Source: Pseudobdellovibrionaceae bacterium (GTDB lineage Bacteria; Bdellovibrionota; Bdellovibrionia; Bdellovibrionales; UBA1609). From it: DNA of 64,000 bases. Each line of letters begins with the position of its first letter. Positions within the stretch are counted from its first letter, which is position 1. The stretch is taken from contig JAUVAX010000007.1 of the NCBI GenBank assembly GCA_030591685.1, forward strand, positions 1 to 64,000. The letters are read 5' to 3'. Position numbers and translations under genes: made by a program. Under the pieces are notes generated by a model. It was not told the DNA's origin, ran no database searches, and worked only from the letters and a program-made list of their open reading frames with translations. Of the stretch, positions 57,130 through 64,000 are shown piece after piece.

Positions 57130-58803
57130 ATGAAATTAATAAATAATAATGTTGAGACGTTGCTGTGGGCAATATGCATATTTATATTTTTCTCAACAAT
57201 TTCGGCTTTTGTTTTTGCTCTACAGGCAGGCGTTATAGCCCCAACAGAATGGAGCAAAACCCTTTTGTCGTCGCTCTACGGTTATCAAAAGGGCGTTGTT
57301 TCCACCGTGGATATTGCAAAAATATTATTTACACACGTTTTATTTCCAGTATTAATATCAATAGCTGTGGGTGTGATTTTTTATTATGTTTTTAGACGCA
57401 TTAAAAAGCGTTACCCAAAATGGTTTAATCGCCTATTTAAGTTATTAATTTCAGTAAAATTGGCAGTTGTTATAATTATTATTATGGGGGTAGTGGCGGC
57501 TGTTGGTACTTTTGTTGAGGCTAAATATGATGCTAAATTAGCATCGAGGCTCGTTTACCAATCCCTTTACATGCATGGTGTTTTGGGTTTGCTGTGTGTG
57601 CAATTGATTTTAGTGATGGTTGATCGGTGGCCCTGGAAAAGGCATCACCTGCCCTTTGTGCTCGCTCATATTGGTATTGTTACGACCCTCTATGGATCGG
57701 TATTAACTAAGTACTTTGGTGTCGACGGAAGTATTATTTTCGGTATTGGGCAAACCCAGCGCCACATCACACACTTCACTGAAGATGTAATGGTCTACTC
57801 TTCATTTGATGGGTCTAAGTACGCTCTCTTAGATCAACGAAGGGTGGATTTTTTTAACTCTCGCCCAAGCAGAGAGCGTCCGTACTCGATACCATTAGGG
57901 GAAAAGAAAATTGAGGTTATTGAGTATCAGAACTACACGATTAGAAACTCTAAAATTACTTCATCGTTAGAAAATGCGGCCCCGCCAGCGGTGAGGGTTC
58001 AGATTGAGGGCTCCAGAGCTCGAGCTACAAAATGGCTTATGCCGGGGCGAAACAAGGGCGTAGATAAAATTAGCTTAGGCCCCTTGGAGCTTGTTTTTGC
58101 AAAAGATGTATACCTTTGGGATGGTAAGAGTAACATAATACTGATGACTCCATCTCGCCAAAAAGCGTTTATAGACTACAAAGTGTTCTCGAAATCGCGC
58201 CAAAAACTTATTGCCTCAGGCAAGGCAAAGGTTGGAGACGTCGTAGATACAGGTTTTATGGATTTTAAATTAAGAATTATCAATTATTTTTTAAATGCCA
58301 GTGAAGTTGTGACTTATGAACCACGTGAGTACCCAAATGACTTTACGACGCCGGCTGTTTTAGTTCGTTTTAATGAAAAAGAAAGTTGGGTAGGGCTAAA
58401 CTCAGTCGTTAAATTTTTTACAGATAGCGAAGTTTTTATTTTTAGCTATGCAAATACTCGACTAAATATGGGCTTTGATATGACTTTAAATAAGTTTAGG
58501 GTGGGGCGTTATCAGGGGACTATGAAGGCCATGAGTTATGAAAGTGACATCACCATTCAGGGGGGGCAACAGGCAACGATCTCCATGAATGACCCCTTTA
58601 AACAAAAGGGGTTTACTTTTTATCAAGCGAGCTTTGAACAAGACGATTCAGGTAAGCCCGTGGCCTCAATTTTATCTGTAAATAGAGACCCTGGTCGGTT
58701 TTTAAAATATTTAGGTAGTTTCCTTATCATTTTAGGGACTATTATGTTGTTTTACTTTAAAAAGGCTATGATTAAAGTTAATAGGATTAAAAATGAAATA
58801 TAG
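57130..58803 (+). CDS. Cytochrome c biogenesis protein ResB/CcsB (system II)
   Basis: AVGTFVE, LAHIGI, ISMNDPF...FYQASF, RDPG and C-terminal TM; start uncertain (57091 or 57130). Confidence 0.85.
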   Translation: MKLINNNVETLLWAICIFIFFSTISAFVFALQAGVIAPTEWSKTLLSSLYGYQKGVVSTVDIAKILFTHVLFPVLISIAVGVIFYYVFRRIKKRYPKWFNRLFKLLISVKLAVVIIIIMGVVAAVGTFVEAKYDAKLASRLVYQSLYMHGVLGLLCVQLILVMVDRWPWKRHHLPFVLAHIGIVTTLYGSVLTKYFGVDGSIIFGIGQTQRHITHFTEDVMVYSSFDGSKYALLDQRRVDFFNSRPSRERPYSIPLGEKKIEVIEYQNYTIRNSKITSSLENAAPPAVRVQIEGSRARATKWLMPGRNKGVDKISLGPLELVFAKDVYLWDGKSNIILMTPSRQKAFIDYKVFSKSRQKLIASGKAKVGDVVDTGFMDFKLRIINYFLNASEVVTYEPREYPNDFTTPAVLVRFNEKESWVGLNSVVKFFTDSEVFIFSYANTRLNMGFDMTLNKFRVGRYQGTMKAMSYESDITIQGGQQATISMNDPFKQKGFTFYQASFEQDDSGKPVASILSVNRDPGRFLKYLGSFLIILGTIMLFYFKKAMIKVNRIKNEI

Positions 58804-60430
58804 TTTATTAAAATATAGTTTATTAATAGTGGCTTGCATGTTTTTGTCACCCCCTAGTTTTGCCAGTGATATGATCGATGGTTTAAAATCACTTCCGGTG
58901 CAAGACGCCGGGCGAATTAAGCCCTTTGAGTCTTTAGCCAGGGAGAGCCTGCAGCTTATTTATGGCCGACAGACGTACAAAAAGAGATCAGCTGCTGAAG
59001 TGGTATTTACGTGGATGATTGTGCCTGATGAGTGGGATAAAACACCACTTGTTGAAGTGTCACATGCTGGCCTTAGGGATTCACTAAAATTAACAGACAA
59101 AAAAAATAAGCATTTTACCCCGATAGAACTTATGGGCAGTGACCGTGTTGGGCTGCATATTTCTGAGTTAAAGTTAAAACAAAGTCGAAAAGAAAAGTTA
59201 GATAGTTTCTACCAAGCCGTAAAGCGTTTAAATAGCCAGCTGAACTTGTATCATGCCTTTAAGCTTGGGATTGCCGTTAGGGTCGCTCCAAATAAAGAAA
59301 GTTCAGATACTTCGTGGACTCCTGTGGGTCAATTAAAAGGGGCGCCTAAGGAGGCCTTTAAGAAACTCACTGAGGGTTTTGCTCAATCAGTTTTGGCATC
59401 CGTAAAAGGCGGCGTCGCTGAGCCCACTTACACCGTTGAGGACTTTACTGAGGCAATAACATCGTACAATGAGGGTGAGTATTTTGACGCATCTAGGGTT
59501 AAAGCAGAGCTTTGGCTACATAAATTTGAGCCCTTTCAAAAGGCCGCACTTTTTTATCTTTTATCGATGTTTGTGATGGCCATAGCCTACTTTTCAGAAA
59601 AAAAATGGATTTACCGTACGGCTTGGGGTTTTGTTATCTTAGGGTTTTTACTGCATACATGTGGCTTTTTAGTGAGGGTTTATATAGTGCAAAGGCCACC
59701 AGTGTCGAACATGTACGAAACCGTCATTTGGGCCGCATGGGGTACGGTGTTCTTTTCGTTTATTTTAGAGTTTCTTTATAAAAAGAAAATCATACTGATG
59801 GCGGCTGCTTTTGTCGCCGCGGGATGTTTGTTAATGGCATCTTTAGCCCCTACTGTATTAGACCCCTCTTTGCAGCCACTAGAGGCTGTTTTAAGAAGCA
59901 CTTTTTGGTTAGTGACCCATGTTATGCTGATAGTTATTAGTTATGGGGCTTTCTTTTTAGCATGGGCGATAGGGAACTTGAATTTAGTAACCACTTTAAT
60001 TGGAGAAGAAAAATATAAACAGCAAATTAAAGATGGTTCACAGGCCATATATAGATCCGTACAAATCGGGGTGGTCTTGCTAGCGCTGGGGACTATTCTT
60101 GGTGGTGTTTGGGCTGATTACTCATGGGGTCGTTTTTGGGGATGGGACCCAAAAGAAACATGGGCGCTCATTGCACTTTTGGGTTACCTGGCCGTTTTAC
60201 ATGCTAAAGTAGCAGGCTTAATTAAAAACTTTGGGCTTTCGGCCTCTGCCGTTGCGGCGTTTAGTTTAGTTATTATGGCCTGGTATGGGGTCAATTTTTG
60301 GTTGGGTGCGGGTTTGCACTCTTACGGGTTTGGAGCTGGCGGTATTGAAAAAGTAGCCATCGTTGTGATTATTCAGCTTTTATTTGTTTTATTTGTTGCG
60401 GGGGCGCGTTATATCAGAAACAAGCCGTAA
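58793..60430 (+). CDS. ccsA: Cytochrome c biogenesis protein CcsA/ResC
   Basis: WWD domain WADYSWGRFWGWDPKETW, PVSNMYE, WLVTHV, GLHSY. Confidence 0.95.
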   Translation: MKYSLLKYSLLIVACMFLSPPSFASDMIDGLKSLPVQDAGRIKPFESLARESLQLIYGRQTYKKRSAAEVVFTWMIVPDEWDKTPLVEVSHAGLRDSLKLTDKKNKHFTPIELMGSDRVGLHISELKLKQSRKEKLDSFYQAVKRLNSQLNLYHAFKLGIAVRVAPNKESSDTSWTPVGQLKGAPKEAFKKLTEGFAQSVLASVKGGVAEPTYTVEDFTEAITSYNEGEYFDASRVKAELWLHKFEPFQKAALFYLLSMFVMAIAYFSEKKWIYRTAWGFVILGFLLHTCGFLVRVYIVQRPPVSNMYETVIWAAWGTVFFSFILEFLYKKKIILMAAAFVAAGCLLMASLAPTVLDPSLQPLEAVLRSTFWLVTHVMLIVISYGAFFLAWAIGNLNLVTTLIGEEKYKQQIKDGSQAIYRSVQIGVVLLALGTILGGVWADYSWGRFWGWDPKETWALIALLGYLAVLHAKVAGLIKNFGLSASAVAAFSLVIMAWYGVNFWLGAGLHSYGFGAGGIEKVAIVVIIQLLFVLFVAGARYIRNKP

Positions 60431-60747
60431 AAGAGAATCGCTTTCATTTGTTGGACTTAGAGCTTTTTAGTAAGCCATAGTTTTTTACAAACAAAAACCT
60501 TTTAAAAGGAGCTGATAAAGGGGGAACGGGTTTTTAATCGCCACCCTTATAGGCTTATTTATTGAATATTTTTTAAAAAAATAAACTTTATAAGAGGTCT
60601 CTGAAAGCTTCTTTTTTTTGCAATAATATTTTTTTGTAGATTTGTTTAATTATTTTAAAATCTTCGTTGCCATCCTTTTATTTTGGGTTTAAAAATTTAT
60701 ATTCTATTTGAAAATCAAATGCTAAGTAGACGCTAAGTAGGTGAAAT

Positions 60748-61296
60748 ATGCCAAAAAAAATATTTGGACTCGTTGTTCTTGTGGTTGTAGTAGTTGGAGT
60801 TGTTGGCTTTGTTAAGGGCTTAACCAGTAACGCTACAGAATTAGGTTATAACCAGGGGTATGAGCCCGACCAACCCATACAATTTTCACATGCCCTTCAT
60901 GCCGGTAAAAATAAAATTGCTTGCCAGTACTGCCACACAACAACTGAGGTTTCTAGGCATGCCAGTGTGCCGAGTTTAAATATTTGCATGAACTGTCATC
61001 TTTCTGTAAAAACAGACGGTGAGACTATAAATAAAAAAGAAATCGAAAAAATGACGTCTTCTTTTTATGCAGACAAGCCTATTAAGTGGCAAAAGGTTCA
61101 TTTACTTCCAGATCATGTAAAATTTAATCACTCAGCACACATTAGAGCGGGTAAGTCTTGTCAAACTTGTCATGGCCCCGTTGAAACTATGAAAAAAGTT
61201 TACCAATACAGTAGTTTGTCAATGGGCTGGTGTGTGAACTGTCACCGAAAACCAGAAAATAAAGCCTCTATAAACTGCGGAACCTGTCACTATTAA
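60748..61296 (+). CDS. actA: Pentaheme cytochrome c, alternative complex III subunit ActA
   Basis: N-terminal TM, QPIQFSHALH, five CxxCH motifs; precedes an actB-like gene. Confidence 0.9.
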   Translation: MPKKIFGLVVLVVVVVGVVGFVKGLTSNATELGYNQGYEPDQPIQFSHALHAGKNKIACQYCHTTTEVSRHASVPSLNICMNCHLSVKTDGETINKKEIEKMTSSFYADKPIKWQKVHLLPDHVKFNHSAHIRAGKSCQTCHGPVETMKKVYQYSSLSMGWCVNCHRKPENKASINCGTCHY

Positions 61297-61314
61297 TTGA
61301 GGAGACCTGTCCAA

Positions 61315-64000
61315 ATGGAAGATACGAAATTAAATAGCAATAAGAAGCCCGGGGCTCCCAACTACTGGCTGTCATTAGAACAGTGGAGACAGGACCCTGA
61401 GTTTATTGAAAAGACAAAAAATGAGTTTAGCCAGAGCCCTTTATCAAATGTAGAGACTGAGAGTGGCTGGGCAAGGCGAGAGTTCTTAAAACTCATGGGC
61501 GCCAGTTTAGCTTTAACAACTTTTGGTTGTGTTAGGCGCCCGGCCCAAAAAATTGTCCCCTACGTAAATCGCCCCGAAGAGGTTGTACCTGGGATAGCTA
61601 ATTACTACTCGTCAACAATGATTGAGGGGCATGAAACCTTTGGTTTGGTCGTTAAAACTAGAGAAGGTCGCCCTATTAAAATTGAGGGCAACCCGGACCA
61701 CCCTGATAACCAAGGGGGCCTGTCAGCAAGTGCTCATGCGGCACTACTAAGCTTATACGACCCGGACCGGTTGGTAGAGCCAAAAAGAAATATTTTAAAT
61801 AAAAATAAAACAAATGCTGACATGATTTCGACAACCTATGAAAAAATTGATGAAGCGGTTTCAAAAGCTGTAAAAAAAGGCTCAGTTGCTGTTGTCACGC
61901 AGGGGCAAAAAACATCGGCTTCAAAGCAATTTTTTAGAGACTTCACTAGGGCCACAAAAAGCCAATTATTTTTTATTGATTCTGTAGATGAGACAACCGT
62001 TAAAAGGGGTCAGCGGGCCAGTTACGGAAAGTCAGTGTTTCCTAGATATCAAATTCAAAAGGCTCGTTTAATTGTGAGTGTTGGAGCTGACTTTTTAGGC
62101 ACTTACGTCACTCCCGTTTCTTTTAGTAAACAGTTCTCTAAGCGCCGAAACCCAGATGGAGACATGAATAAGCTAATCTCTTTTGAGTCAGTACTGTCTT
62201 TAACGGGGGCCAATGCCGATGAGCGGTTTCAGGTAAAGCCGACGCAAAAACTAACAGCAGTTATGGCTATCTTAAGTGACTTAATTATCAAAAAAGGCCG
62301 AACATCATACTCTGCCGATAGGCGGGTAGTTCGAGCTTTAAAAAGCTTTGATGAAGCTATAAAAGCTTTGCATCTGCCAGAGGGAGCTATCTCTCGAATT
62401 ACAGATGAGCTTTGGTCCAACAGAGGCAAAAGTTTAGTCCTCTCCGGAGGCATGCAGTCAAAAACTAGCAAGGCTTTAGAATTACAAGTGGCCACGAACT
62501 TTTTAAACTCAGTTTTAGGTAATGATGGTAAAACCATAGACTACTCTCAGGCGAGCCAAAGGGGTTTTGATGGGGGTGCTGAGAACGTTAACAAGTTAGT
62601 TTCAGCCATTAATAGCGGTAAAATTAAAACTTTAATTGTTCAAGGCACTAACCTGGCTTACTTTTTACCAGAGACTTCTGGGTTTAAAGAGGCGATTAAA
62701 AAATTAGATTTGATTGTTTACTTAGGTGATAGAAACGACGAAACGGGGCGTATTAGTGATTATATAGTCCCTGACCATCATCAGTTTGAAACATGGGGGG
62801 ACTCTGAGGGGCTCTCCGGCGTATATGCTATCCAGCAGCCTACAATTAGACCTTTATATAAAACAAGAGCCTTTCAAGAGTCTTTAATGAAATGGGCGAA
62901 CCTTTCAGGGATGGGTCCTAATCGCTTTAAAGAAGAAAGCTGGTATAAGTATTTACAAGAACACTGGAAGTATAACATTTGGTCTAAAAATCGTTCTGTA
63001 AGTTTTGCGAGCCAATCGTTTGATGATTTTTGGTACGAGCTACTTCAAAAGGGAGTGTTTGATACAAGTCGAACAAAAAGATCTAGGTCTACAGGGGCAA
63101 GAAATTTTAACATTTCACAGTTTTCAAAAATTTCTCCATCTGAAGAGCACAAGTGGGAGTTGGCACTTTATCAAAAATCTATATTAAAAGATGGGGCCCT
63201 TGCAAACATGGCTTGGCTTCAAGAGTTACCAGACCCAGTGACTAAACTTGTCTGGGATAACTATGTTTGTATTTCGGTGCAAGACGCCCAGGCCCAACAT
63301 ATAAAAGAGGGTCAGGTTTTAAATCTTAAAGTGGGTTCGACCAGCGTGAGTATTCCTGCTCATATACAGCCAGGCCAAAAGTCAGGAGTCTTAGCTTTAG
63401 CCGTGGGCTATGGTCGAAAAGGCGCTGGTAAAGTTGCTGACGGCATTGGGGTCAATGCCTATCAATTGGCACAGTATAATGCCAATGAGGTGGCTTATTC
63501 AGGGCTGCCTGTTGAGTTTAGTTCTACTAGCGATTATGTAGAGCTTGTTACCCCTCAGGGGCATCACTCCATGGAAGGGCGACAAATTGCAATTGAAGCC
63601 ACCCATGATCAGTATAAACATAATAAAGAGGCCAACATTCATAGGCATAAAATTTTTAGTCTTTGGGATAAGCATGAGTATAAAGGTCATAAATGGGGCA
63701 TGTCCATTGACCTGAACACCTGCAACGGTTGCTCGGCATGCGTAGTGGCCTGCCAGGCTGAAAACAACATACCCGTTGTTGGTAAAAAGTATGTCATGGA
63801 GGGCCGAATTATGCAGTGGATTCGGGTGGATCGTTACTACTCTGGTGACCCCAATGACCCATCTATTTTAAACATGCCTATAACTTGTCACCATTGTGAC
63901 AATGCTCCTTGTGAAACGGTTTGCCCAGTGGCGGCAACCACTCACTCTGATGAAGGCCTGAACACAATGACCTATAATCGCTGCGTAGGTACACGGTACT
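61315..64000 (+). CDS. actB: Alternative complex III subunit ActB (molybdopterin-oxidoreductase-like plus Fe-S domain), 3'-partial, not in ORF track
   Basis: ATG 61315 after GAGGAG; YWLSLE, ARREFLK Tat motif, TTFGC lipobox, EGRPIKIEGNPDHP; in the same frame near the window end CNGCSACVVAC, CHHCDNAPCETVCP, YNRCVGTRY. Confidence 0.93.
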   Translation, partial: MEDTKLNSNKKPGAPNYWLSLEQWRQDPEFIEKTKNEFSQSPLSNVETESGWARREFLKLMGASLALTTFGCVRRPAQKIVPYVNRPEEVVPGIANYYSSTMIEGHETFGLVVKTREGRPIKIEGNPDHPDNQGGLSASAHAALLSLYDPDRLVEPKRNILNKNKTNADMISTTYEKIDEAVSKAVKKGSVAVVTQGQKTSASKQFFRDFTRATKSQLFFIDSVDETTVKRGQRASYGKSVFPRYQIQKARLIVSVGADFLGTYVTPVSFSKQFSKRRNPDGDMNKLISFESVLSLTGANADERFQVKPTQKLTAVMAILSDLIIKKGRTSYSADRRVVRALKSFDEAIKALHLPEGAISRITDELWSNRGKSLVLSGGMQSKTSKALELQVATNFLNSVLGNDGKTIDYSQASQRGFDGGAENVNKLVSAINSGKIKTLIVQGTNLAYFLPETSGFKEAIKKLDLIVYLGDRNDETGRISDYIVPDHHQFETWGDSEGLSGVYAIQQPTIRPLYKTRAFQESLMKWANLSGMGPNRFKEESWYKYLQEHWKYNIWSKNRSVSFASQSFDDFWYELLQKGVFDTSRTKRSRSTGARNFNISQFSKISPSEEHKWELALYQKSILKDGALANMAWLQELPDPVTKLVWDNYVCISVQDAQAQHIKEGQVLNLKVGSTSVSIPAHIQPGQKSGVLALAVGYGRKGAGKVADGIGVNAYQLAQYNANEVAYSGLPVEFSSTSDYVELVTPQGHHSMEGRQIAIEATHDQYKHNKEANIHRHKIFSLWDKHEYKGHKWGMSIDLNTCNGCSACVVACQAENNIPVVGKKYVMEGRIMQWIRVDRYYSGDPNDPSILNMPITCHHCDNAPCETVCPVAATTHSDEGLNTMTYNRCVGTRY

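Overview
AT-rich bacterial chromosomal window. Gene content and order (rnc-era-der, purM-orf-purBCSQLF, mutS-glnD-luxR, maeB, system II cytochrome c maturation, alternative complex III) suggest a Bdellovibrionota/deltaproteobacterium-like organism; this is inference, not a search result. About 95% is housekeeping: TonB/ExbBD module, purine synthesis, peptidoglycan recycling, gluconeogenesis, beta-oxidation and respiration. The accessory part is 1-2.9 kb, downstream of a minus-strand tRNA-Asp(GTC). It holds the right end of an IS3-family element that appears to truncate a small gene, stuttered short repeats, att-like copies of the tRNA 3' end around a GNAT gene, and a GC-rich ~165-nt multi-hairpin element closed by a tRNA-Asp-like acceptor stem ending in CCA. 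That element is the most unusual object here. Other leads are four sigma54-type promoters (two divergent, at the TonB and ExbBD-barrel genes), a FabD-like protein lacking its catalytic Ser, a degenerate flavoprotein-like ORF inside the pur operon, a PAP2 pair with one degenerate copy, and an orphan TolC. No CRISPR array, rRNA or intact prophage was seen. All calls are by eye from motifs; no database searches were run.
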